From the NCBI GenBank assembly GCA_965368975.1, contig CBDUPA010000004.1, positions 96,001-160,000 on the forward strand: a stretch of 64,000 bases of DNA, written 5' to 3'. Source of the DNA: an uncultured bacterium (GTDB lineage Bacteria > Acidobacteriota > Thermoanaerobaculia > Multivoradales > JAHZIX01). A program made the translations under genes and the position numbers. A model generated the notes under the pieces. That model worked only from the letters and a program-made list of their open reading frames with translations, was not told where the DNA came from and did no database searches. Below, in pieces: positions 19,005 through 27,702 of this stretch. Positions within the stretch are counted from its first letter, which is position 1, and each line of letters starts with the position of its first letter.

Positions 19005-20887
19005 GCTGCCTCCTCACCGCGTTGCAGGCGGCGTTCGAGTTCGCGGACGATTGCGCGAGGGGGAATCGGCTGGCCGTGGACCACGGACCAGCAGCCGATG
19101 TCGTGCAGGGTGTGCTCGCGTAGTAGTCGCGCCAGCTGGCCGCTACGCCGGTATTCGGCAGGGATGCCGCTGTCCGCGGTGTCGCTGTAGTTCATCTCGA
19201 TCGTCATCACCTGGGTGAAGCGATCGAAGATGCCAGCCAGACCGGGCTCCAGCGGCGACAGGAAGCGCAGGTGCAGCGAGGAGACCTTGTGGCCGGCCTC
19301 GCGCAGCTGGTCGACGGCCTCCTCGAGCGCACCCAGGGTCGAGCCCCAACCCACCACCAGCAGATCGCCCTCGGGGTCCCCGTGGAGCGCCGGCGGCTTG
19401 AGCGTCGAGGCCAGGGTGGCCAGCTTGCGGCTACGCATGGCGCAACCGCGCTGGTTGCTCTCTGGGTCGTAGGCGACCTTGCCCAGGCGCGTGTGTGCCA
19501 GGCCGGTGAGCACGTACTCGCCACCGCGCTGCCCGGGGATCGGTCGTTGCGACAGGCCGGTCTCGGCATCCCAGTCGTAGGGTGCCACATCCTGCGGCCA
19601 GGGCGATTGGTCGACCGGCGGTGACAGCCACTCGGCGCTCGGTCGCGGACGCGGGAAAGGCTGGACGCCGGTGGCCAGGTTGGCGTCGGTGAGCACGAAG
19701 ACCGGTGTGCGGAAGTCTTCCGCCAGGCGTCGCGCCAGCACCATGAAGTGGAAACACTCCTCGATCGTCGCCGGCGCCAGCACCACTTTGGGGGCGTCGC
19801 CCGGCGTGCCGTGCAGCACTGCCAGCAGGTCTGCTTGCTCGACCTTGGTCGGCAACCCGGTAGACGGGCCCCCGCGCTGCACCAGCAGTACCACCAGCGG
19901 CAACTCGGCCATCACCGCGAGGCCGATGAACTCGGTCTTCAACGCCAGGCCCGGGCCGGAGGTGATGGTGCAAGCGGTCTTGCCGGCATAGCTGGCCCCC
20001 AGGGCGTAGCCGATGGCGGCGATCTCGTCCTCCGCCTGGTGCACGATACCGCCCACCGCGGGGAAGGCGGCGGCCAGGAAGTGCGAAACCGACGTCGCCG
20101 GGGTGATCGGATACATCGCCACCACCTCGATTCCCGCGGCCATGATGCCCAGACCTGCAGCCTGGTTTCCGTTCATCACCACCAGTTCCTGTTCGGTCGG
20201 CCGGGGTGGCACCTCGAAGCGCAGGTCGAGGCGTTCGGCGGCGAAGGACCAGCCAGCGCGCACTAGATCCTGGTTGGTCTCGACCACCTGCTCGCCCTTG
20301 CGTGCGAAGACGGCCTTCACCTCGTGCAGCGCCTTGTCCAGGTCGCGGCCGTAGATCTGGCACAGCACGCCGAGCACGAACATGTTGCGACCGACGCGGG
20401 CGTCGCCGGCAATCTCGGCGCAGGCCTCCTGCAGCGCCACCTCGATCACGTGTAGCCCGCGTTCCTGGAAGCTGGCCAGGGCCTCGGCATATTGCTGCCG
20501 GATCTCCTCCTGCGGGTCTTGCGCCCAGCTGCTCTCTAGCAGGATGACGGTGCCTTCGCGGTAGGCTTCCTGGGCGATGCGGCCGTAGATCACTTGCTCG
20601 TTGAACGCGACCACCAAGTCTGCCTCGTCGCCCAGGTTGGTCACCTTGCGGTCGGCGAAGCGTACTCGGATGCCGCTGGCTCCCGCCCGCGAGCGTGCCG
20701 GCGGCTTGATTTCGGCGGGAATGATTTCCACCGTCCAGACGCCGTTGCCCATCTTGGCGCAGACGGTGCCGAAGATCTGTCCGGCCTTCTGCGCACCTTC
20801 GCCCGAGTCACTGACGATTTCGACGATCGCCTGGTGTACGCGGGCCCTCTCTTGGACTCCTGCCGGAGTCGAGACTGCAGTACCCAT
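18992..20887 (-). CDS. korA: 2-oxoacid:ferredoxin oxidoreductase alpha subunit (gamma-alpha fusion)
   Basis: DSGEGAQ; YPITPAT; QAEDEIAA; TSGPGLALK; QRGGPSTGLPTK; VGWGST. Confidence 0.93.
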   Translation of the reverse strand: MGTAVSTPAGVQERARVHQAIVEIVSDSGEGAQKAGQIFGTVCAKMGNGVWTVEIIPAEIKPPARSRAGASGIRVRFADRKVTNLGDEADLVVAFNEQVIYGRIAQEAYREGTVILLESSWAQDPQEEIRQQYAEALASFQERGLHVIEVALQEACAEIAGDARVGRNMFVLGVLCQIYGRDLDKALHEVKAVFARKGEQVVETNQDLVRAGWSFAAERLDLRFEVPPRPTEQELVVMNGNQAAGLGIMAAGIEVVAMYPITPATSVSHFLAAAFPAVGGIVHQAEDEIAAIGYALGASYAGKTACTITSGPGLALKTEFIGLAVMAELPLVVLLVQRGGPSTGLPTKVEQADLLAVLHGTPGDAPKVVLAPATIEECFHFMVLARRLAEDFRTPVFVLTDANLATGVQPFPRPRPSAEWLSPPVDQSPWPQDVAPYDWDAETGLSQRPIPGQRGGEYVLTGLAHTRLGKVAYDPESNQRGCAMRSRKLATLASTLKPPALHGDPEGDLLVVGWGSTLGALEEAVDQLREAGHKVSSLHLRFLSPLEPGLAGIFDRFTQVMTIEMNYSDTADSGIPAEYRRSGQLARLLREHTLHDIGCWSVVHGQPIPPRAIVRELERRLQRGEEAACSA

Positions 20888-20920
20888 GGTCCATGCCTCC
20901 CGTCAGGCACAGGAGCGACG

Positions 20921-21364
20921 TCAGTCGCCGGTGCCAAGATCCGTGTAGACAGAGTCGAGGAACAACTCGGTCTCCTCTACCTCGTGGGCATGGAGACGCT
21001 GTGCCAGGTCGGCGACGCCGCTGAGCAAGTCGGCCATCGGGCCGTTGCTGAGGGCGCGGGCGCTGCCCAACAAGTGGTCGAGATCACCGAGGAACTGTCG
21101 ATGCTCCTCGAAGAGGTGCTCCACTGAGGGCAGTAATTGCGGTGTCGATCGACCGACGGCAGCGCTCAGACCATCCTCGGCCTCCTCGGTCTCGAAGTGG
21201 GCGCGCAGCAGGGTCTGCAACTTCTCGAGATCCTCGGCCAGACGACCGGGGGCGTCGAGTTGCACGATCTCGTCGAGCAGGGCCGAGAGGGCCGCATGCT
21301 CGTCGGCAATACGAGTCTTGGCCGCAGCGGTAACCGCGGACTCTCTCTCTTCACTATTCGGCAT
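20921..21364 (-). CDS. Hemerythrin-like (HHE) di-metal protein
   Basis: H...HFETEE...EEH...HEVEE pattern in a predicted four-helix bundle. First gene of the redox operon; alternative start at 21382. Confidence 0.8.
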   Translation of the reverse strand: MPNSEERESAVTAAAKTRIADEHAALSALLDEIVQLDAPGRLAEDLEKLQTLLRAHFETEEAEDGLSAAVGRSTPQLLPSVEHLFEEHRQFLGDLDHLLGSARALSNGPMADLLSGVADLAQRLHAHEVEETELFLDSVYTDLGTGD

Positions 21365-21608
21365 CAGGGGCCTCTCTTCCATTGCCTTGTGCCGGGTTGG
21401 CCCACCGTGTGGAGGTGGGCGTCTCCTGAAGCTCTGGAAGTGATGATGCCGTCGAGTTGGGACGTTGGCTATACCTGCCGGGGTGGTTCGGACGTTCTGG
21501 GCACTGTCCGAACAGGTGGCTCGCGCCTCGACAGGGCCAGCTGATCACGCCAAGCGATTCTTGGTGCCGCTCACTCCCCATCTGGGTAGTCTGGTCCACC
21601 GTCGTCAG

Positions 21609-21617
21609 TGATATTCT
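21609..21617 (+). promoter_or_regulatory. Extended -10 promoter element, probably giving leaderless ACP mRNA
   Basis: TGaTATTCT lies 6 nt before ATG 21624; no SD. Confidence 0.55.
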
Positions 21618-21623
21618 CGCGCC

Positions 21624-21851
21624 ATGGACAAGGAAAAAGTTGCCCGTGACGTACTTTCCCAGTTGAGTGGCGTCGACGCCGCCAAGATCGAGCCGAAGAT
21701 GGACCTGGTTGCTGACCTGGGGATCGACTCTCCGAAAGCTCTGCAACTGCTCGTCGAGCTGGAAGACCGCTTGAGCATCGAGATCAGCGACGAGGCGGCG
21801 GCTCGGATGGACACGGCGGGCGATATCTTCGACTTCTTAGCGACCGCGTGA
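21624..21851 (+). CDS. Acyl carrier protein
   Basis: 75 aa, acidic, DLGIDS phosphopantetheine site. Confidence 0.9.
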   Translation: MDKEKVARDVLSQLSGVDAAKIEPKMDLVADLGIDSPKALQLLVELEDRLSIEISDEAAARMDTAGDIFDFLATA

Positions 21852-22615
21852 GCGAAGGCGCTTCTTCACAAACCCTCTGGCAACAGCAGCTGAAGAGCCG
21901 GCTCGTCGCGACGCTAATCCGTTGGGTGGTCCAACTGGTCGGACTCACCTGCCGCTATCGGTTTGTCAGTGGTGCCGAGCACCTGCAGCTGTGGCGCTAC
22001 AGTGGACGACCTGCGGTGTTCAGTTGCTGGCACAATCGGGTGTTCTTCTGTGCCGATTTCTTGCGCCGTCGGCTGATCCGGCAGGGCATGCCGCTGTCGA
22101 TCTTGGTGAGCCACTCCCGCGACGGTGAGATCGGGGCGCGGCTGGCGCAGGCCTGGGGGGCACGGGTGGTCCGTGGATCGACGTCGCGGGGTGGGTCGGC
22201 AGGCTTGCGCAAGATTTACCGCGCGGTGATCCAGGACGGGGTCTCGTCGGTGACCCTGCCGGACGGGCCGCGAGGGCCCCTCTACGAGGCCCAGGGCGGG
22301 GCGGTGGTGCTGGCGCAGATGTGCGGCATTCCGATCGTGCCGCTGGCGTTCGCGGCTCGACGCTTCTGGCGGCTGCGATCATGGGATCGCATCTTCATCC
22401 CCAAGCCGTTCACTCGCATCGACGTGGTGGTCGGCGAACCATTGGAGGTGCCGCGGCAGTTGGCGGAGGGGGAGCTGGATGTCTGGCGGCTGCGGCTGCA
22501 AGATGCGCTGAACGATTGCACGCGGACAGCGGATGGACCCGGCACGGATGTGCCCGGCGTGGATGTGCCCGGCGTGGATGTACCTGTGGAGAAACAGGGC
22601 ACGGATGTGCCGTGA
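21848..22615 (+). CDS. Lysophospholipid acyltransferase family protein (DUF374)
   Basis: CWHNR; VSHSRDGE; VRGSTSRGG; PDGPRGP; SWDR.FIPKPF. Confidence 0.88.
   Translation: MSEGASSQTLWQQQLKSRLVATLIRWVVQLVGLTCRYRFVSGAEHLQLWRYSGRPAVFSCWHNRVFFCADFLRRRLIRQGMPLSILVSHSRDGEIGARLAQAWGARVVRGSTSRGGSAGLRKIYRAVIQDGVSSVTLPDGPRGPLYEAQGGAVVLAQMCGIPIVPLAFAARRFWRLRSWDRIFIPKPFTRIDVVVGEPLEVPRQLAEGELDVWRLRLQDALNDCTRTADGPGTDVPGVDVPGVDVPVEKQGTDVP
22541..22612 (+). repeat. 15-bp coding repeats at the C-terminus of the acyltransferase
   Basis: ggcacggatgtgccc / ggcgtggatgtgccc / ggcgtggatgtacct ... ggcacggatgtgccg, i.e. G(T/V)DVP x4. Confidence 0.85.
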
Positions 22616-22685
22616 GCAGCGACACGCAGCTTGAGTGTGCCAGAATGAACGCAGAACTCGCGTTGATGACCAAGAGGAGGGAGCC

Positions 22686-23159
22686 ATGAGCGAGCGCGAA
22701 GAAACGCAGAATCTATTCGAGAGCTGGAACCGGGAAACGCTGCTGGAGGAGTATGTGCAGCGGCGCGACGACTATCTGCCGGACGCTCAGGAGATGCTGC
22801 ACGACGAGCTGCGCCGCCGCGGCACCAGCGACGAGGAGATCAGTGCCGCCGAGCGGGCCTACAACGAGGGACTGGAAGGACACCCGCTGGCCGACGAGGC
22901 GTTGGTGGTGGTCGAGACGTACGACGACATGGTGTATGCGACGGCGGCTCGCGATCTGCTACAACAGCACGACATCCCGTCGCTGCTGCATGGCTCGGAT
23001 CACATGCTCTTCGGGCCAGGTTTGCTGCGGGTCGGTCCAGACCCGATCACACTGAAGGTGGCCGAGCACACCGAGGCGAAGGCCAGGCAGGTGCTGAGCG
23101 AGATGGCTCCGCAGGAGAGCGACGCCTCGGAGGGCGCCGAGAACGACGACGCGGCTTGA
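22686..23159 (+). CDS. Acidic DUF2007-like (putative signal-transducing) protein
   Basis: SD GAGGAGG before ATG 22686; pattern A..ARDLLQQHDIP....D......ITLKVAE..EAKARQVL. Confidence 0.6.
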   Translation: MSEREETQNLFESWNRETLLEEYVQRRDDYLPDAQEMLHDELRRRGTSDEEISAAERAYNEGLEGHPLADEALVVVETYDDMVYATAARDLLQQHDIPSLLHGSDHMLFGPGLLRVGPDPITLKVAEHTEAKARQVLSEMAPQESDASEGAENDDAA

Positions 23160-23169
23160 CGTCGAAGAC

Positions 23170-23185
23170 GTAACTACACAGTTAC
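23170..23185. promoter_or_regulatory. Palindromic candidate operator upstream of mfd
   Basis: GTAACT-acac-AGTTAC; -10-like TACACT at 23209-23214. Confidence 0.4.
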
Positions 23186-23224
23186 TACCGCCGGCGCGCA
23201 GGGCGCGATACACTACGCGGTCCC

Positions 23225-26200
23225 ATGGATTCCCACTTGACTTCCGCTCTCCACCGGCGCCTGCGGGACAGCGAGCCGTACCGCGCGCTGGCCGGGACGT
23301 TGCGCGATACCTTCAGTGCTGTCGATGTGCAGCGTCTGCCGCTGCCGGCTGCGGCGTGGGCAGGAGAACTGCTCGGGCGCGACCTGGACCGTCCGCTGCT
23401 GGTGGTGGTGCCACGAGAGGCCGATGCACTCGCCTGGCTGGAGGCGGCGCGTCTCTTTGCCGCTGATGTTTCGGCCGAGGCTGGGAAGGGGGCGGACGGG
23501 GGGACGGCGGTCTACTTCCCGGCTCCGTCGCTGAGTCCGTACCAGGAGGCGGATACCTCGTTGCCGGTACGAGCGCAAGAAGCTGTGGCGCTCGAGCGGA
23601 TCTTGGGTGGTGGTGTGCGGACGGTCGTGTGTACGCCGCGCGCGCTGTTCCGGCGCCTGCCAGCGGCGCGGGAACTGCGGTCGGCCGCGGTCGACTTGGT
23701 GGTCGACGAGGAATTGCCGATCGAGCTGCTGAGCGAACACCTGCTGCGGTACGGCTACCAGCGCACGGACCTGGTCACCGAGGTCGGCGAGTTCGCGGTA
23801 CGCGGTGGGGTGTTCGACCTCTTTCCACCGGGGCAGGAACTACCGGTGCGCCTCGACCTCTTTGGCGACACGATAGAGTCGATCCGCAGCTTCGACCCTG
23901 ACAGCCAGCGCTCGGAGGATCGTCTGACTGCGGTGCGCGCGGTACCGCTGGCACTGCAGCCGGTCGACCACGATGCGGCGCGGCGGCTGCGCGTTGAGCT
24001 GGCGCGGCGGCAGGGGCCGGAAGTGAGCCCCGAAGCGGCGGCCCGCTTGCGAGATCTCGAGGAGCGTGGACGCTTTCCCGGTTGGGAGAACTACCTGCCG
24101 GTGCTGCACGGGGACACCGGTACCGAGGCGAGTGTTTCGCTGCCCTCGCTTCTCGGCACCGCCTTGACGGTGCTGGTGGAGCCCGGCGCGTTGGTGCAGG
24201 AGGCCGATCACCATCGCGACACGTTGGTCGAGGAGTACGAGACGCGGCTGCGCGAGCATCGCCTGGCGGCAGCCCCCGAGGAGCTGGAATTCAGCCTCGA
24301 CGCCGTGCTCGACGTGTTGAGTCGTGCGCGGCTGCGGCTACAGCCTCTCATCGGAGGTGGACAGCTCAGTGCCGCGGGCGCTGGTGCAGCAGGTGGGGGG
24401 GCCGCCGAGGCGGTCGAGGTCGACTTTGGCGCCATGCTGACGGATTCGTTCCACGGGCAGCTGCCGCGCTTCGCCACCGACGTGCGCACGGCTGGTGAGC
24501 GCGGGGAGCGGGCGGTGGTCGTGGTCACCCCGGAACATCGGCCGCGCCTGACCGAGTTGCTCGAAGGTCGCGAACTCAGCGTCGGCAGCGATGGCCTGCA
24601 GCTGGTCGAGGGCGAGCTGCAGCGCGGCTTCCGCCTGCCGGCGGTGGGCGTATCGTTCTACGGCGAGAGCCAGCTCTTCCCGCGTGTCGCCCCGGCGATC
24701 CGGCGGCGTTCCAAGGTGCGCTACGGACCCTTCATCTCGAGCCTGCGCGACCTCAAGGTCGGGGATCACGTCGTGCACGTAGATCACGGCATCGGCCGTT
24801 TCGCCGCGTTACGCGCGATCCGTCCCGAGGGTTCCGACGGAGGACCCCTGCCGCCTTCTCTGCAGGGGCTGAAGTCAGAGGCTGAGGCGGTCGAGGTGAT
24901 GGAGATCGTCTACAACAGCGGCCGGACGCTGCTGTTGCCGCTGTCGCGCCTCGACCAGGTCCAGAAGTACAGTGGCATCGAAGGCTCGGCGCCGCGCCTC
25001 GACTCCCTGGGAGGTACTTCCTGGAACAAGACCAAGTCCAAGGTGCGCAAGAGCCTGCGCCAGATGGCCGGGCAGCTGCTCAAGCTGTACGCCGAGCGGC
25101 AGCTGGCCGAGGCGCCGGTCATGGCCCAGGAAAGCGACCTACAGCGCCAGTTCGGGGCTGCCTTCGCCTATGACGAGACCGGCGACCAGTTGGAGGCGAT
25201 TCGCGAGATCGGTGAGGACCTGCAGCGCAAGCGGCCCATGGACCGGTTGCTGTGCGGTGATGTTGGCTACGGCAAGACAGAAGTGGCCATGCGCGCCGCC
25301 TTCAAGGTGGTTGACAGCGGTTTCCAGGTAGCGGTGCTGGCACCGACGACGATCCTGGCGGATCAGCACTTGGAGACCTTCCGCAAGCGCTTTGCCGGCT
25401 TCCCCGTGACCATCGACATGGTGTCGCGCTTCCGCAGCAACGCTGAGATGAAGGTGATTGCCGACAAGGTCGCGGCCGGCACGATCGATGTGCTGGTCGG
25501 CACCCACCGCCTGCTCAGCAAGGATCTGGAGTTCAAGAAGCTCGGCTTGCTGATCGTCGACGAAGAGCAGCGCTTCGGTGTGGCGCAGAAGGAGAAGCTG
25601 AAGCAGCTGAAGAAGGACGTACACGTCCTGGCGATGTCGGCGACGCCGGTTCCGCGCACCTTGCAGCTGTCCCTGGCCGGTGTGCGGGACCTGTCGGTGA
25701 TCGAGACGCCGCCCAAGGACCGCATGGCGGTCGAGACGACGATCCTGCCGTTCACGCCCGAGTTGGTGCGCGAGGCGGTCGAGTTCGAACTGGAGCGCGG
25801 TGGCCAGGTCTATTACGTGTACAACCGCGTCGAATCGATCGAGAATATGCTCACCTGGCTCAAAGAGATCGTGCCGCAGGCGCGCATCACCGTCGGTCAC
25901 GGGCAGCTCGATGAGCGAGAGCTGGCGCGCCGCATGCACGCCTTTACCGACCATCAGTACGACATTCTGTTGGCCAGCACTATCATCGAGAACGGTATCG
26001 ATATCCCCAATGTCAACACGATGATCGTGCACCAAGCCGAGCGCTTTGGTCTGTCGCAGCTCTACCAGCTGCGTGGCCGGGTCGGGCGTAGCAACCAACT
26101 CGCGTACTGCTACCTGCTGGTGGCGCAGGACAAGATCCTGACCGAGCTGGCGCGCAAGCGCCTGGCAGCGATCCGCGAGTTCACGGACTTGGGCGCTGGA

Positions 26201-26824
26201 TTCCGCATTGCCGCCCGCGATCTCGAGATCCGTGGTGCCGGCAATCTGCTGGGGTCCGAACAGAGCGGGCATATCGCAGCTGTTGGCATCGAGACCTATC
26301 TCAAGATGCTCGAAGATGCGGTGCGCGAACTGCGCGGCGAGGCGGTGAGCGAAGCGCCGTCCACCACGATGGATCTGCCGGTGCCGATGTCGATTCCCGA
26401 GGAGTACGTGCAGGACGCCAATTTGCGCATGGAGGTCTACCGCAAGGTGGCCGCTGGCGAGAGTTCCGAGGCCGACCTGCTGGCCGAGCTGACCGACCGC
26501 TTCGGGGCGCCACCGCCGTCGGTCCACACCTTGCTCAAGGCGGCGGAGGTGAAGCGACGAGCCGAGGTGCTGCGGGTACAGGCGTTGTCGGTGCAGAAGG
26601 GCACGCTCACCCTGCGCCTGCGTCAGGATACGCGCGTCGACCTCGAATCTCTGATCGCGTTGGTGTCGCAGCACAAGGGCGCGAGCTTCAGTCCGAGCGG
26701 CGCCCTGTCGCTGCCGGCAGCGGCTGGAGCCGAGGTGTTGCCACAGATCTTGGGGTTGTTCGATGAGCTGGATACGGGCGAGGTGGAGTCCCAGCAAGCG
26801 AAGGCGATGGAGGTGGCGTCGTGA
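23225..26824 (+). CDS. mfd: Transcription-repair coupling factor
   Basis: GEFAVRGGVFD; VVHVDHGIG; CGDVGYGKTEVA; DEEQRFGV; SATPVPRT; QLRGRVGR; DLEIRGAGNLLG. Confidence 0.98.
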   Translation: MDSHLTSALHRRLRDSEPYRALAGTLRDTFSAVDVQRLPLPAAAWAGELLGRDLDRPLLVVVPREADALAWLEAARLFAADVSAEAGKGADGGTAVYFPAPSLSPYQEADTSLPVRAQEAVALERILGGGVRTVVCTPRALFRRLPAARELRSAAVDLVVDEELPIELLSEHLLRYGYQRTDLVTEVGEFAVRGGVFDLFPPGQELPVRLDLFGDTIESIRSFDPDSQRSEDRLTAVRAVPLALQPVDHDAARRLRVELARRQGPEVSPEAAARLRDLEERGRFPGWENYLPVLHGDTGTEASVSLPSLLGTALTVLVEPGALVQEADHHRDTLVEEYETRLREHRLAAAPEELEFSLDAVLDVLSRARLRLQPLIGGGQLSAAGAGAAGGGAAEAVEVDFGAMLTDSFHGQLPRFATDVRTAGERGERAVVVVTPEHRPRLTELLEGRELSVGSDGLQLVEGELQRGFRLPAVGVSFYGESQLFPRVAPAIRRRSKVRYGPFISSLRDLKVGDHVVHVDHGIGRFAALRAIRPEGSDGGPLPPSLQGLKSEAEAVEVMEIVYNSGRTLLLPLSRLDQVQKYSGIEGSAPRLDSLGGTSWNKTKSKVRKSLRQMAGQLLKLYAERQLAEAPVMAQESDLQRQFGAAFAYDETGDQLEAIREIGEDLQRKRPMDRLLCGDVGYGKTEVAMRAAFKVVDSGFQVAVLAPTTILADQHLETFRKRFAGFPVTIDMVSRFRSNAEMKVIADKVAAGTIDVLVGTHRLLSKDLEFKKLGLLIVDEEQRFGVAQKEKLKQLKKDVHVLAMSATPVPRTLQLSLAGVRDLSVIETPPKDRMAVETTILPFTPELVREAVEFELERGGQVYYVYNRVESIENMLTWLKEIVPQARITVGHGQLDERELARRMHAFTDHQYDILLASTIIENGIDIPNVNTMIVHQAERFGLSQLYQLRGRVGRSNQLAYCYLLVAQDKILTELARKRLAAIREFTDLGAGFRIAARDLEIRGAGNLLGSEQSGHIAAVGIETYLKMLEDAVRELRGEAVSEAPSTTMDLPVPMSIPEEYVQDANLRMEVYRKVAAGESSEADLLAELTDRFGAPPPSVHTLLKAAEVKRRAEVLRVQALSVQKGTLTLRLRQDTRVDLESLIALVSQHKGASFSPSGALSLPAAAGAEVLPQILGLFDELDTGEVESQQAKAMEVAS

Positions 26825-27702
26825 GACGTTCAGGTCTGGGTAGGACGGCAGGACGTATGACTGTCCTCGCGCTCGCCCTCACCCTCGCCTGCCAGCCTTC
26901 GCCGCCCACGACCGATGCCATCGCACAGATCGGTCAGGACGATATCCCGTACTCACGCTTTCGCGAGTATCTGGAGCACAATCTGGGCGGTGAAGACGTC
27001 GACGTCAGTGCCACCGTACAATCGCGGATGCTCGACGGTTTGTTGCAGGAGGAGCTCTTGCTGCGCTTGGCCCAGGATGAAGGCTTGATTACCGAGCAAG
27101 CGGCGTACCGACTGGCTGTCGAGGCTTTGCTCGAGCGCGAAGTGCCGGAGATCTTGCCGGAGACCCTTGTGCGCGGGTACTACGATGCCCATCGGGCCGA
27201 GTTCGAGCGTCCGGAGCGCCTGCACCTGCGCCAGGTCCTGGTCGAGGAGCGGGCACAGGCAGATGCGGCACTGCAAGCCCTGCGCGGCGGCAGCGACTTC
27301 GCCGAGGTGGCGGCGGAGTACTCGATCGATCCGAGTGGTCCTTATGGCGGTGACCAAGGTGAGCTGGGGCGCGAGGATCTGCCGCCCGACTTTGTGGATG
27401 CGGTGTTCGCGCTAGAAGTGGGCCAGATCAGTGATGTCTTCACCACCGACTACGGCTTTTTCATCTTCCAGATCACCGATCGCCAGCCGGCGCAGCGCAT
27501 GTCGTTCGGGCAGGTCGAGCCAGAGATCCGGCGGCGGCTGCGCGAGCAGCGGCTGGCCGAGGGGCTGGTTCGCCTGGTCGAGCGCGCCAAGGGGCGCTAC
27601 AATGTCCGCTTGTATGAACAGAATCTGCCTTTCGACTATCGAGGTCCCTACCGTGATGAACCGTCTCCCAGCTCCGCGACAGCCCCTCCGAGCCAACCCT
27701 AG
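26821..27702 (+). CDS. Parvulin-type peptidyl-prolyl isomerase (lipoprotein)
   Basis: TLAC lipobox; FAEVAAEYSID...GGDQG...VGQISDV.TTDYGFFI. Confidence 0.88.
   Translation: MRRSGLGRTAGRMTVLALALTLACQPSPPTTDAIAQIGQDDIPYSRFREYLEHNLGGEDVDVSATVQSRMLDGLLQEELLLRLAQDEGLITEQAAYRLAVEALLEREVPEILPETLVRGYYDAHRAEFERPERLHLRQVLVEERAQADAALQALRGGSDFAEVAAEYSIDPSGPYGGDQGELGREDLPPDFVDAVFALEVGQISDVFTTDYGFFIFQITDRQPAQRMSFGQVEPEIRRRLREQRLAEGLVRLVERAKGRYNVRLYEQNLPFDYRGPYRDEPSPSSATAPPSQP

Noticed and set aside
25139-26797. Long antisense ORFs (this one, also 114-1328, 27737-28972, 41536-43095 and others)
   Set aside because: They mirror well-supported genes on the opposite strand, as expected in high-GC DNA, and show no motifs.
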